64,000 nucleotides of DNA, from NCBI GenBank assembly GCA_002269645.1, contig NIVC01001177.1, positions 1 to 64,000 of the forward strand, given 5' to 3'. The stretch's first letter is position 1. Each line of letters starts with the position of its first letter. Source of the stretch: Macrostomum lignano. Lineage: Eukaryota. The notes beneath the pieces are model-generated. The model was not told the origin of the DNA. It made no database searches and was given only the letters and a program-made list of their open reading frames with translations. The translations under genes and the position numbers were made by a program. Positions 1-14,475 of this stretch are shown piece by piece.

Positions 1-1368
1 AAAGAATATAGCCATGATCTTCCAATCTTATAAATATCTAGGATTGGAGATAATATAACAAATACTGCTTTAGCTAGGCTATAAAAGATTAGACACAGGC
101 CTAACTGAACCTTCTGTTGATCATATCATTCACAATACTCAATAGGCCTTAGGCCTACTCAAAGTCAAAACTTTTGGGCCTAGAGAAATAGTTTCTAATC
201 CAATGATTGAACACTAGCCTATTCTGATTGACAAGTAGTAGAACACTTTAGTTTGCTGCAGAAAAATACTAGCATAGCATAGAATAATACATTAATACAG
301 CATAATGCCATGGCATAATGGTGTTTAAGTTTTTTCTCTTGAATGTTGCGTTTCTATTATTATATTCTACTATTAGAATCTCTACACAGAAAAAATATAA
401 TTATAAGCAAAAGTAGTATAGCTGTTATTTCACAGTATAAAAATACACTAACTGCATTAGGTAGGCTGCTTAGCTTTTCAATTGCGCAGTAGGAATGTAA
501 GTAGATAGCTGTAATAACTGTAATTAACCGATTGTCAGGGTCTGGTCTAATAGATTTTCTAAGATAACGACAATTTCCAAATTAGGATTTTGTGTATTTA
601 AACAAGTAAGTATAACTGGTTGTTTTTAAGCTTGTAATACAATTATACTAACAATATTTTTTACAAAGGTTTTACTTTTAAATAATAAATGCTTAACTTT
701 AAGAGTCGTAATGTGGTGCATCCAACGTTTCGTCTGACAAATTTAACATGAAAAAGCAGACTTTATTTAGTTAAATAAATTTTCCAGCCAACAGCTGCAA
801 AAAAACTGTATTTTCAAGGAAATTTTAGGAAGATAATTCTAACGCTGGAAGTATTTTGATTTTACTGAGAATCACAGGTATACGGAGACTATACAAAGAT
901 TAAAGAGCCTAAAATATTTTATTAAGTAAATGGAGTTATTTAACCAATTTTGTACAGATAATGTATCTTTGGACGTATCGTAAAATACTGCCATTTAGTG
1001 GAATTTTTATCCAACTAAGCTCCATAAGCTTATGGAGATAGTAATTTATTTTTATAACATGTTGCTCGCTTTCCTATACAACTTTATTTGCTTAGTTAGG
1101 ATACTTATTGTTTTAAGCTTTTTTAGTCTGAAACATTTAGCATCTAAATGGATTTAAAATGTATACTGCATACTGTATATGTCTCTTAGCTTAAATACTG
1201 CTTTGTAAATATCTTATCAATGTATTATTATACATATGTTGTTTTTTGTTTCATTCATAAATTTCTAAAATCTTTTTCGAAATTGGTATCGAAGGTTTAT
1301 ATTATAATGCATGACCAAGCGGCAAAAAGCCTGAAGCATTGATAAAAACAGTATAAGCTACAGGCACC

Positions 1369-4300
1369 ATGGCTGTCTCATTGCCAGTAACCTTCGAGCC
1401 TCAATCAGCCATGAGTCTCAGCAGCTTGGTAACATCCATCGAATATAAAACTGGCGCTCTCTACGATGGTGACGTTAGCGATCAGGCCAAGCAGGGAACC
1501 GGGGTTTTCACTTGGCCTAATGGTGACACGTACTCCGGCGAGTTTTCCAATGACAAGAGAAATGGCAAAGGTATTCTGGTATTCTGGGTCGGAATGTTTG
1601 ATTGTTATTTCATTGTTTTGACTGATTGTTAAAACGTAAACAACTTCAGGTGAACAAGTTTGGTACGATGGAGACCGCTACAATGGCGAATATGTCGACG
1701 ACATGAGACACGGATTCGGCGAATACACCTGGAATAACGGAGAGGTAAGAATTAAAACTGACAGTGCGAGATAATTACTCAATTAAAAAATATAGACTAC
1801 TAAATCGGATTGACAGCAAAAGAAGAAAAAAGCTTTTTGCTCCCAGCCTTGCACACTAGTCACAGGGACCTCCAATCTGCACCTCTGTAGCTGGCGCCCC
1901 TCTGTAGCTGGCATCCCCCTCTGTAGCTGGTACCATTTAGAACATTTAGAACATTCATATTTAGCATATCGTATTTAGTGCAGTCTTTCGCGTAGAAAAG
2001 ATCGATGGGCAATTCTCGTCCACCGAAATTTAGAAAATTGTTTAAACTTATAATTTTTATCTCTATGCAGCGCTACATCGGTCAGTTCTACAAAGACCAC
2101 CGGCACGGGCCGGGTCAGTACACCTGGGCAGATGGCAGTAGTTTCGTCGGTACCTACTACATGGATCGCAAAGAAGGCTACGGAACGTTTTTCTACGCCA
2201 ATGGCGACAAATTCGATGGTCTCTACCAAGCTGACGAGCGCGAAGGCCCCGGCGTGATAACTTATGCCGATGGTAGCCAGGACGTCGGACTGTGGCATCG
2301 AGAGCGACTATCCAGACTGCTGACTGAGGTTCCTGACACGTTCAGCCTGGGCAACCACCCAGAGCTCGACTACGATCCCAGCCGTGGCAAAGTTCAACTG
2401 CCTGCCGAGGGTCGACCGGATCCGCAGCTCGACGCCTTCCTAGAGGCGATCGTCAATCCGCCACCCGAGTGGACGTACGACCCGGCCGCTGCGCAGCGCG
2501 TCAAGTCACGTCTGGACGGCGAAGTGCTCACTGGCAGCCGACCGGACAGCGCTGCTTTTAACAGAAAGGACTCCGACGTGAACTTTCGACGCTCGGCTGG
2601 TCTGCGGGAAGACGCCGAGCACACGGATGAGGCTGACGCGGCCGGGAAGGAGACTCCGGCGGCGGAAACTGAGCAGCAGGATGCCTCATCTTTGCCACCG
2701 TCGAGCAATCAGTCTCCAACGCATCAGCAGCATCAACACAGGGCGTCGCCGAAAAAGGCAGGCGGTAGCAGCCCTAGCAGGTGAGGAGGATGCTGATAAA
2801 TTTGGTTTGATTTGGTTTGGTTTTGTTTGATAGAATCACTCGTGAGGCTTCTGACTTGATTTTCAAGCAAGGGAGAAGCTAACGAGATCGAAGAAATATT
2901 ATCTTTTTGTGTCCTCCGCCACAGGAGTCCGAAGCGCGGCTCGCCCAGTCGGAGGCCGCAGCCGACCGTTAAGCCGGCGAAGCGAGGCGGCCGCTCCACT
3001 GTTGAAACGCCCAACGAGTCGTCGAACAGCCCAACGGCCGACGCGGAAGCCGCAGCCAAGAAGTCTCAAACAGTGGACGCTTGGAATCCTACACCGGCCA
3101 GCGTGGCGATGCAACTCCACGTGATTCGGTTTCGACAGTTGCAGTCACGAGCCGGATTCGATGTGGATGCAGTTCTTCGAGCCGATCGGAGTGGCTTTTG
3201 CCAACAGGTACAAAATGTTTTTAATAGGCAAACTTTTAAACGTTGACCTACTTGATTTATGGATAAAGGCTATGCCAACCGCAGCCGAAAGTAAAACTGA
3301 AAAACTGCAAACTGCACTGTAGTCGATAATTTGCTTGAAAAGGTGGATAGAAACCCTGAGACATTTCATCCAGATCCCTCTTAGAATCCCAGGAGAATTT
3401 TCTATTGCAGTTGGTCTGCCTCAGCTCCACTCTAGCGCATTCATTTATAAGTAGCTTGCACACATTCGACGCATCTCCAGACTTTGATTCTGTGCGCGGC
3501 CTCATTCGTTTGGGGCTTGTGCGCAAAAATTCGCCGGCGGGTGGTCGTGCGTCCCTACTTACAGTACCCACCCACGTATAGGTGCACAGCGGAACAGACG
3601 GAATTGCGTCAGCGCTGGTTGTAGGACAATGTCACTGAAAGCGTTGCACCAGGGTGCATAAAACCCTGAATATTTATTCTTGGCATAGTTTAAGAAACTT
3701 ACTTTGCGGAGCCTCAGAGAATTCCATTGCATAGCTTATATAATTCGCAACACCAGGGCCCATTGGAGCGTCGCTCGGTAGAGCTGATCGAAGCCGCCAA
3801 GTCTGGCGACCTCGCTGCGGTGCGCGGCTTATTGTCCAGCGGCGACGTCGATCCCAATGTGTCTGACAGTCTGGGCAAAACTCCACTTCTCTGCGCCAGC
3901 GTCAACTGGCACCGACAGGTGGTCGATTACCTGCTGGACGCCGGTGCGGACGTCAATCGGCTTAGCGACGAAGGCGTCTCCTGTTTAGCTGCTTGCTTCG
4001 TTCACTACTATCCGAGCGACAAGTTTCAGCGGAACATTGCTGAGAGTCCGGTAAGAAGCATGTTTTCGTGCAAGTTATGTCTATAGTCATGGGAATGTCG
4101 AGAAATCAACAATTGCTTTCCTGGAAACTAACTATACCGCTAACTTGAACTTAAATTTCTGCCAAACGAGCGAATTTCGTTGCATTTTTTCGAGTTTTTT
4201 AACACCAAATTGGCAACATTTCCTTTTGAAATAAAAAAAGACCAGTTTGTTTTTCCGGAGATTTCCAAGTCGGAAGATTTGGAGCGGAGATGTTGGCAAT

Positions 4301-7300
4301 ATCTTGCTTAAAAACGGAAAACGTCTTATCTAGCTAATTTACTCGGACTTTTTAGCGAAAACTACGATTTTCAAGCTCAATTCATGTCCGGGGGCACGTC
4401 TATCGCGTACAAGAATATGCTGTTTATAGAAATTCATCCCTATATATGTTGCTACGTTGAAAAAATGACAATATTTCTGTTTCCCAAAACAATTCGTTTA
4501 GGTGAAGCGCCTCACTGAAGAAGAGCAGAAAGCCGCTAGGAAGGCAGCGGCTAAAGCCGCCGCCGCTGCCGCCGCTGCCGCCTCGACTGCCGCAGCTCAT
4601 CGCAAGCCGGGCGCTCTGCCGCCAGTTGCTGAAGGAAAACCTGGCGAAGCCGCCGGACGACCGGGAGCCTCATCCGACCGACTAACCGACCCCGTTGTTG
4701 GCCGCGGTGGCCGATTTGCCGGGACGCTAACCGGGGCACGACGACCGGACTTTGTGGCAGCAGCCGCGACCCGGCCCGGCCGGTTCCAGCGCAGCTGGTC
4801 GGTCAGCGACGACGACGACGATGACGATGGAGATTCAAATTCTGGCGCCCGCGGTGGCCAACCGAAGCAGGACGATGCCGTTGAGTTGGCCAGCGCCGTC
4901 AGCGTTGGTTCAGCTTCGCCCAGACCGTCGGAAGATTTTGAAAGCACCGATTCGCTGGCTAATTACAAAATCACCGTGCCCGAGGAGCTGGTCAGGCGGG
5001 CCGCCACGGCGCTGAGCAGCAATCAGCTGGTGGCCAGTCGCGTCGCGTCATCCATGGTGACCCGCACGGCACCGCAGCCGCCTGGCGGGGGAGATGAAAA
5101 TTTGGAATCCGGCGGACAGGAGGGCAGGACAAGAGAGATGGCTGTTCATATGGCTAAGTAAGTTTATTAACAGTAGCATGTCGTGCCTTTTTATGAGATA
5201 TGAAATTGCAGCAGAAATTCCATCTACATATAGAACGGGTAGTAATAGAAAATTGTGACCATTAACAAATGTAACCTGCTCCTTGTGAAGACCTAATAGG
5301 CGTCTCAATGATTATTTTAAAAATGGTCAAATATGGACAATTCAATTTTGTCACCTTTTGCATCAGTCGGTGATTTGATGATCGACTTAGTTGACGGCGG
5401 TCAAAGAGCTTCGAAATGTGTATGCATATGATTGGAAACCACTTAAACACTGCAGGCACAAGCTGATGTCAGACACCGTCCACCTGCTCCTTGAACGCGG
5501 CGCCGACCCGAACGCATCTGCCGTCCCCTTTCCCGCCCTGTTCTTCGCGGTGAAGTCCGGCGACGTTGACATGACTCGCCAATTGCTGCTTCGCGGAGCC
5601 GACGTCCGTGCTCGTCTGGAAGCGTCGCGCGGCGGCCTAACGGCGCTGCACATCGCCGTCGCGCTGCCGGGCGAGCCGAGCGTCACCATCACGGAGCTGC
5701 TGCTGCACAGCCTGGCGTATCCTGACGCCCGAGCTGTGCCGGACGATTCCTTTCTCGATCGAACTATGGAAGAGGATTGGTCGCGCGACGAGATCACGGA
5801 CGAGCAGAAAATGCTTCTTGGCGGTAGGACTCCGCTGCAGATTGCCGCTTCGAGAGAGGATGAGCACCGGGTGAGACTGGGGCCTCGGATTGGTAAATTT
5901 TTATCATAATTGCTATTGAAGATTGTTACAGGGGAAGGGTTAGCTCACTGAGGGTATGCATGGATCGGGATTATCTGCTTGCCTCCTCGGCTGCGGATGG
6001 ATCGTCGCCTCGATTTGCGTTGGTCAGCTCAAAACTTTACTTGACTAAAACATAAAACGTGAATCAATAAAAAACTGTTCCTATTTTCTTGCCCGAGGAA
6101 CCAACGAAACCAAAATTGTTAAGGTAAAATTCAAATGATTTCATTGATAAATCAAAATTAAGTAAGTGGCCTAGTCATCGTATTATTCTCTACTTCATAT
6201 TATGTCACTCATTTGTCATCACCGACCTGCATCCAAGCCGTGCACCATTCAGTATTCAACGTCAATGCATAACAGAAACACAAACGCCCCAATGCGTTCT
6301 TCAGATCACATGTTTTATTGACTTGTAATAACCTCAGCGTATCAACAAAGTATCTGCGTCGAGCCCAAACTCTTACCAAATAATTCTCTGAATTTTCAGC
6401 GAGCCCACCAAATTGTTCGCCTATTGCTGGAACACAAGGCCAATCCCAATCTGCTTTGCAACGGAAATAATGCTCTGACGCTGGCTGTTCAAAGCGGAAA
6501 TGACGCAGTGAGTTCCTGTTGGTTTTAGCGCTATTGATCAACAAAGTAAATCATGAATATTTAAATCTTAAATTGTTAAGAAAGCAATCAAAGAAACTTA
6601 CAAGATGCGTAAAGTTTTAGCACCGCACAACGTTGAGTAGGACGACAATTACTCCGTCATGAAAACTGCCTAGAGAGCATCCGTGTCCTTGTCAATTTAA
6701 AAATTCATAGTCTATTTCACTCTGAACTGAACACTTCGTTTCCAGCACACTTGTTTTTTGAATTAGTAATGATCCCCACATGTGATTCCCAGCTGCACTG
6801 ACCTACGGGTTGAGCTAATTATACTTGTCTATTTACTAATTAAATCATGCAACGAATTTATCCGATAAACAAACCGATAGTCACTGACCTGATGCATAAA
6901 TCTGTAGCAACTCCGTCCCAAGCATGGCAGCGTCAGCACGATTCGGGAGCTTCTGGACTTTAATCGACGCTTAGCCATGCTGGAGCCTCAAACTCTGATG
7001 CTCTCGGCAGCAGAGGGAAAAGCTCAGCAAAGTGCAACTTACAGTTCCAGACTGCAGGATGGCTCGGTCGATGACCATGTTTCGTCGAGAACCGATCCAG
7101 CAGATCTGATTGCTAATTTCATCGATAAGATGGACACGCCCGAGATGGACAGTGTTCGTTAAAAGATCACTCGCTACTTTATGAATAATTGCCAACGACA
7201 CCATTAAACTGCACAATATTTATTATTCGTGTCTACTATATCACCCGCGTATATCAAACAATAGCTGCAAATATGTTCGGGTATCAGGATATCTCGAGAC

Positions 7301-10300
7301 ACTCTATGTTATTACCAAGGTCTTAATTATTAATTACACAAGACAAAACCTAAAGTTACACACTCACTTCAATTTACCGGTTTTTGGTCTTCAAACACAA
7401 TTTTATATTACTTCGGATTCACGTGCTACTCGAATTTAAATGAATTCACAATAATCACTTTAAAGCTCTATTCCATCACGTGCATGACAACATGGTACAT
7501 TAATTTTGATAAAGTAAATTTCACCAAACTTTTGCTAAACTTCAGGCCATAGACGAGCTGCTAGCCCACAATGCCAACGTCAACTTGGCTTTGTCTCACG
7601 GTGTCGGCAGTGCCCTCTGCGCAGCCTCCAACATCGCCTACGAGGATAAACGCCAACTTAGAGGCCGCCTGGATCTAGTGAGCGCTTGGGATACATTGAA
7701 AACCTTCACTGCTACTCCTGAAATACCTAACTAAACACTGTTTAGCCCCATTTTAGAATCTAACCATTAGTTTCTAACCACTCATCAACTTCAGATCGAC
7801 AAGCTCATGGACGCCGGCGCAGACATACTGCAGCCAATAGCCATTGGCGTCAAACGACAGCTTGGCACGGCTGTAGACTACGGATGGCAGTCCTACTACC
7901 TGGACAAGCGCGTAGCCTTCTCTCCCTACCATGCTCTCAACCCGGTTGAACGTCAAGCCTTCCAAGATCGCAACGTCGTGCTGAAGCATCTCAGCAATCG
8001 ACTTCGCGAGAAGGCGGTAGAACGAGAGCGGCGCCGGCTTGAAGAAGAAGAAGCTGACGGCGTTGTCAGTGAGTTCAATCGTCAGTTTTGTTTATTTGTT
8101 TGCTCGGAAATTTCAGAGTTCCAGACTTTCTATCTAGGTCGGACACCAGCATGGGCTATAGAAGCACGCTGTGGCCTTGTGGGCATAATAAAATTCTAGA
8201 AAGTTCTAGGAAATTCTAGGAAACTACCACAGACAGTCTCGATTAATAGATTAATACGCTCGTAGAGCTTTCATCAAACCTGCAAAGGCAAACTCATTTT
8301 TGGGAATAAGTCCTCTTACTTTTATCCAACCCTTCATTAAACTATATATGCAGCAAGCATGTACTATTCAATTTTTAGATCGCGAGAAAATCAAGGGTGA
8401 AGCAGAATTATGTTTTCTCCTTGTTTACATATAAATGCTATGGTTTTCGTAGATACACTGTACTACATCTTATTTCGTTGAGCTATGAGTTGAGCAAACT
8501 ATTTTGGTTATTCTGATTTCTGTTAAAAGGGTCTTTCATCTTCATAGTCACGTATTTCTCTTAGTCTTTAACTTTACTTTTCATCCAAGATATTTTTGTT
8601 TGAATTTGAATTGAATTTAAATATCATAGATTCTCTAAGCGCGCCAATTTGAATTGATCAACTTAAAGTAAGCAAACTAAAAAACAAATATTCTCTTTGA
8701 CAACTTTCAAGGCCGAGGGCCGAGCGAGAATTTTGTGTACACCGGTGCGGGCGCTTCAATGCCGGGCACGCGCGACTCCGGTGACGAGTTTCTTCGTCAG
8801 CAGGAAGTCATCGTCCGGTGAGTTCTTCTCCTTCTGCTACTATAAGTAGGATAATTCAAACATTCGGAAAACTAGTTTGGATTGTCAAGCGATTCACACC
8901 CTTGAAGACTAACCCCAAGTCACAGAGAGTGTACATGCTGGACGATTAGAAAGTCTATGCCGCTGTACACTTGTGTGAGCATCTGTGCATGCTCAGGTAA
9001 CAGCGGACTGCGTGATTCATAGGAGCTACGTTTGCCAACACAATAACTGAAAAACCGAAAAATATTATTTAATTTCAGATTTAAAACCAGAAAAGAAAGG
9101 TTTGTATTATTAGTTAGTGCAATTTAGATTTTCTACTTATAATTTGTTATCTAAACTGTTTCAGCTTCAGTTTAAAAGCATCATTGTCAGTGTCTTCTTT
9201 TAGAAGCGCGGAGCGCTATTTCTTGAATAGCTAGACTAGACATAATCTATCAGTATAACTGCATCAATTCTTTCCAGAGTAGTATGATGCTTTTGTTTGT
9301 TTCAGAAATAGTAGCTTAGGCGAATATTTTTTATGTAAAAAATGGGGTTTGACTGTTTGACTCTTATTTTAGTTCTTGGCTCAGTTATTGCTGTGTGGAA
9401 GCACTCCTTATGTTTGTTCTTGTTCATTAAAGATTATTTGAGAGGGCTTGTTTAATGGACCATCGAGGTTCTTGAGAAATTTTTAAGCCCAGTTTTTCAC
9501 GCTGATGTCAGACTGTCTCTCTCTTTCTTCATTGGCTCTGATGTCAGACTGTCTCTCTCTTTCTTCATTGGCTCTGATGTCAGACTGTCTCTCTCTTTCT
9601 TCATTGGCTCTGATGTCAGACTGTCTCTCTCTTTCTTCATTGGCTCTGATGTCAGAATGTCTCTCTCTCTATCGGCTCTGATGTCAGACTGTCTCTCTCT
9701 CTCTTCATCGGTTCTGATGTCAGACTTCAGATTGTATCTCTCTCTCCATCGGTTCTGATATCAGACTGTCTCTTTCCATCGGTTCTGATATCAGACTGTC
9801 TCTCTCCATCGGTTCTGATATCAGACTGTCTCTCTCCATCGGTTCTGATATCAGACTGTCTCTTTCCATCGGTTTTTATATCAGACTGTCTCTCTCCATC
9901 GGTTCTGATATCAGACTGTCTCTCTCCATCGGTTCTGATATCAGACTGTCTCTCTCCATCGGTTCTGATATCAGACTGTCTCTCTCCATCGGTTCTGATA
10001 TCAGACTGTCTCTCTCCATCGGTTCTGATATCAGACTGTCTCTCTCCATCGGTTTTGATATCAGACTGTCTCTCTCCATCGGTTTTGATATCAGACTGTC
10101 TCTCTCCATCGGTTCTGATGTCAGACTGTCTCTCTCCATCGGTTTTGATATCAGACTGTCTCTCTCCATCGGTTCTGATATCAGACTGTCTCTCTCCATC
10201 GGTTCTGATGTCAGACTGTCTCTCTCCATCGGTTCTGATATCAGACTGTCTCTCTCCATCGGTTTTGATATCAGACTGTCTCTCTCCATCGGTTCTGATG

Positions 10301-12955
10301 TCAGAATGTCTCTCTCCATCGGTTCTGATATCAGACTGTCTCTCTCCATCGGTTCTGATATCAGACTGTCTCTCTCCATCGGTTCTGATATCAGACTGTC
10401 TCTCTCCATCGGTTTTGATATCAGACTGTCTCTCTCCATCGGTTTTGATATCAGACTGTCTCTCTCCATCGGTTCTGATGTCAGACTGTCTCTCTCCATC
10501 GGTTTTGATATCAGACTGTCTCTCTCCATCGGTTCTGATATCAGACTGTCTCTCTCCATCGGTTCTGATGTCAGACTGTCTCTCTCCATCGGTTTTGATA
10601 TCAGACTGTCTCTCTCCATCGGTTTTGATATCAGACTGTCTCTCTCCATCGGTTCTGATGTCAGACTGTCTCTCTCCATCGGTTCTGATATCAGACTGTC
10701 TCTCTCCATCGGTTCTGATATCAGACTGTCTCTCTCCATCGGTTCTGATATCAGACTGTCTCTCTCCATCGGTTCTGATATCAGACTGTCTCTCTCCATC
10801 GGTTCTGATATCAGACTGTCTCTCTCCATCGGTTTTGATATCAGACTGTCTCTCTCCATCGGTTCTGATATCAGACTGTCTCTCTCCATCGGTTCTGATA
10901 TCAGACTGTCTCTCTCCATCGGTTCTGATATCAGACTGTCTCTCTCCATCGGTTCTGATATCAGACTGTCTCTCTCCATCGGTTCTGATATCAGACTGTC
11001 TCTCTCCATCGGTTTTGATATCAGACTGTCTCTCTCCATCGGTTCTGATGTCAGACTGTCTCTCTCCATCGGTTTTGATATCAGACTGTCTCTCTCCATC
11101 GGTTCTGATGTCAGACTGTCTCTCTCCATCGGTTTTGATATCAGACTGTCTCTCTCCATCGGTTTTGATATCAGACTGTCTCTCTCCATCGGTTCTGATG
11201 TCAGACTGTCTGATCCAGAGAATCCCTCCACGACACAGGCGTCCAATCTTCAAGTACTGCTACGACTGCGGCCGATCAGTGGGCGTCCGGTTGACTCCGT
11301 GTACTCGCTGCAAAGAGGTCTACTTCTGCGGCAAGGCCTGCAAAGTGCGCGCCTGGAACGACCGGCACAAAGACGAATGCCAACGTGTTGGCGGCGGCGC
11401 TGGGGCCGCAGGTCGGAAAACCGACGCCAGTCGAATCGACAGTCCGACTTCGGCTACTGACGCGGACAGAGGCTTGAGCAAGCCGCGAGTTCGCGACCTG
11501 AGCAAACACCTGGCCGAACTGCGGATGCGCAATCCGATGAAAGGTCGCAGCAAGAGCGCCGTAGGAGCTGGCGTTGGAGGTGATTTCTTGCTTCTGCAAA
11601 TCACTTTTGATAATGGGGATGTCAACTTAAGCAAACTGGAATGGAGCCAAAAGTTACTATCAGAATCAAAGTGACTATCTGGCTAGAAGCCATTGAGAGT
11701 ACAAACCTTCTCCAAAGGAGGGACCTGCTGAGATGAGATGTCTCATTACCTGTGGTATTGCATCAATCAGTTGGATATTCAATCTGATCTTTGTGAGGCA
11801 TTGGGACAGACACTTAGGAGCTGGAAAGCTTCTGAGACAGACTGGGGTAGACACTAAGACAGGCATTTAGACAGACGCTACGACAGACACCAGGACACCA
11901 ATTAGACAGGCACTTGGACAGACACCGGGACACCAATTAGACAGACACTTGGACAGACACCAAGACACCAATTAGACAGGCACTTGGACAGACTCCAGGA
12001 CACCAATTAGACAGGCACTTGGACAGACACCAGGACACCAATTAGACAGACACTTGGACAGACACCAGGACACCAATTAGACAGACACTTGGACAGACAC
12101 CAGGACACCAATTAGACAGACACTTATACAGACACCAAGACACCAATTAGACAGACACCAGGACACCAATTAGACAGACACCAGCATACCAATTAGACAG
12201 GCACTTGGACAGACACCAGGATACCAATTAGACAGGCACTTGGACAGACACCAGGACACCAATTAGACAGACACCAGGACACCAATTAGACAGACACCAG
12301 GACACCAATTAGACAGGCACTTGGACAGACACCAGCATACCAATTAGACAGGCACTTGGACAGACACCAGGATACCAATTAGACAGGCACTTGGACAGAC
12401 ACCAGGACACCAATTAGACAGACACTTGGACAGACACACTAAGATGCACTAAGAATATCAAATCTTACGCACAAACCAAAGAGTAGATAGCCAAGTCAAC
12501 TAAGCATTCGTGTAAACTGTGCTTTAGCTTTAAAAGTCTCTTTGATGCTTTGTGCTAAGTAAGTCTTAGCCTTTCAATAGCTAGCTGAGCTTGACCACTC
12601 CAAATAAATGTAGTCCTTAACTACGCCTTCAGGTGCGAGAGACTTCTCACCTACGCACGGCGGCGGTAAGCTGCCACCGATCAAGGGCCAACACCAGCAG
12701 CAGCTCCTGATGCAGCAGCAGCAACAGCGCGCCCTACTCAACAGAAAGCTTCAACAGCAAGGTGGAAAAGCTGGCAATGGCACCGCAGCTGGCGGTTCGT
12801 CCCTTCCTGAGGGCGTCTCCTACAAGTACAGCAACGGGCGCTACATCCTGGTTGATTCGCTTGGCAGACCTCTTAAAGGTCCGTACTACCAGCAATTAAT
12901 GATGACGGGCATCGGCAGCGATGGCAGTCTGCCAGACAATTATAGCTTCGAGTGA
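1369..12955 (+). CDS. ANKMY1: Ankyrin repeat and MYND domain-containing protein 1 (MORN repeats + ankyrin repeats + zf-MYND), 13 coding exons
   Basis: Exons: 1369-1570, 1650-1744, 2071-2780, 2925-3207, 3757-4050, 4502-5157, 5456-5870, 6400-6507, 7546-7677, 7795-8068, 8712-8817, ~11221-11579, 12633-12955. Introns are GT-AG and phase-consistent, except that the 8817/~11221 junction needs a weak GAG acceptor. About 6-7 MORN repeats (YxGxxxxxxxxGxGxxxW/YxxG), ankyrin repeats (e.g. [38 protein letters not shown]) and a MYND finger (CYDC...CTRC...C...C...H...C). This domain order is characteristic of ANKMY1. Confidence 0.92.
1880..1935. repeat. Short tandem repeat (3 x ~19 bp, cctctgtagctgg core) in ANKMY1 intron 2
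   Basis: acctctgtagctggcgcccctctgtagctggcatcccctctgtagctggtacc. Confidence 0.8.
9502..11210. repeat. Minisatellite: a few ~36-bp units, then ~49 copies of a 30-bp unit (tcagactgtctctctccatcggttYtgatR), in ANKMY1 intron 11
   Basis: 36-bp spacing at 9502/9538/9574/9610; exact 30-bp period from 9741 to 11210 with two main variable positions. Confidence 0.98.
11870..12440. repeat. ~35-bp minisatellite (agacaggcacttggacagacaccaggacaccaatt, some shortened units), ANKMY1 intron 12
   Basis: About 16-17 directly visible tandem copies. Confidence 0.95.
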
Positions 12956-14475
12956 CCTTGACCTTTGATTTTTCGCTACGTTGATGTCTTTTTGCAGTTT
13001 GAGAAGCTTAAAACCTCGCGATTTTGATATGGAGTATACCAGTGCAAGCTACAATGTTCAAAACTAGCCTGTGACAGTTTTCACACTCGATAATCTCTGG
13101 TCCAGACAGTTATATAGCTTTTGACCATAGACTGAGTAATTAGGAGCGTTCGATGGGTTATAAAATGAGTTTTAGTCGTCTGCCTATACGTGTTAAAACG
13201 AGGCTGAATGGCATAGCAAGCCATCAGCTAAGAATGTCTATTACCAAAAGCCTATTGATTTAGTGAAAATCTAGCGGGCGGGGCCTAAAAACGCAAAGAC
13301 TGTCTGTGGTAAATCTAAGTATACTGCTAGTAGTATATTAAAATGATGATAATTTAAGAGAATAGTTTAAACTATTGCAAGTAACAGACAGTTCTTTGTA
13401 TGTTTCTGACGTTATTGTAGTAACATTTTAGATAATTCGTAGCTTTTAGACAGCCGTCCATTTTTGTTTTACTAGCTAAACAGAATTGTTTTAAGTGTAG
13501 ACTAGCGTGTACGTATAGACTTTGATTGGTTGGATTTTTCCGTCAGCTTTTTCGTAATTTTGTTTTAAACTGAACTACTGCTGCTGTTGTGTGTGCCTTT
13601 CAGCACTTTGTTTTCCAAGAAAGCACAATCTATGCTGCTGCGTTTCCTCTTTCGTTAGTTTTTGTTGGTTTTTTTTCTATTTACAAATTTGTTTTAAGTA
13701 TCCCAATAATTATTTTGTTATACTAGCTTATATCTGAAATGGCTTATAGCAAATGAAATATCGTGTAATTAAAGATTCGAATTTTGTGCCGCTTCTGATA
13801 CACTGCTGCTAATTATGACAAGAACTTTCATTTTCTGTCTATTTTTGCTATTAATGAAAACACGCTTTGTTTATCTGAATCGCAGTCAATTGGCTAAACT
13901 GCTGAATAATATTTTAAATTAAAGGCCTAAGCGTTTTATCGTTGATTTTTTTATTTTACAGTTTTATCAATAGAAATGATTTTTTAGACATGGCTGAACT
14001 TCTAAATCTGTATCATTATTTTGAATTCGCGTGTCTAAAATGTCTAGAATGCACTTATATTTTGCGCCGTTAGTGATGTTATTTCTATAAGTCTGATTTA
14101 TTTTTACGCAGCCAGGGACAGTTTCCCTGCTGCTAACGCTTCTCTGCTAAAGGCAACCCTATCTATAAGGACGCTTTCTTTAAAAAAAACGGCTCCTTGT
14201 CAGAATAAATTATTTTGTTCTGCTTGCGAACAAATAATTTATTTGTCATTGTTACGCGCGCTATAAATTTAGATCTCTAATAGTTGCTTGATTTAGTTTG
14301 CAAGCCTTAATCTCTATCCTGTACTACGAAATAATCTTCTTAATGCTTCTAATGTTCAATAAAAACTATATTTTGATCATTTCGATGGATTAAATGTGCC
14401 GATGAGAAACTGTTTAAGGATTATGATAATCCTGATTTATTTCGATGCAACACAAGTGGGTGTTAACAAGATTTG

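Noticed and set aside
6977-7162. Intronic 61-aa ORF in ANKMY1 intron 8
   Set aside because: Not needed for frame continuity, no clear splice sites and no recognisable domain.
9727-11253. Long minus-strand ORFs (508 aa, 456 aa) and ORF 10306-11460
   Set aside because: They are translations of the 30-bp minisatellite; stop-free frames are expected from a triplet-period unit.
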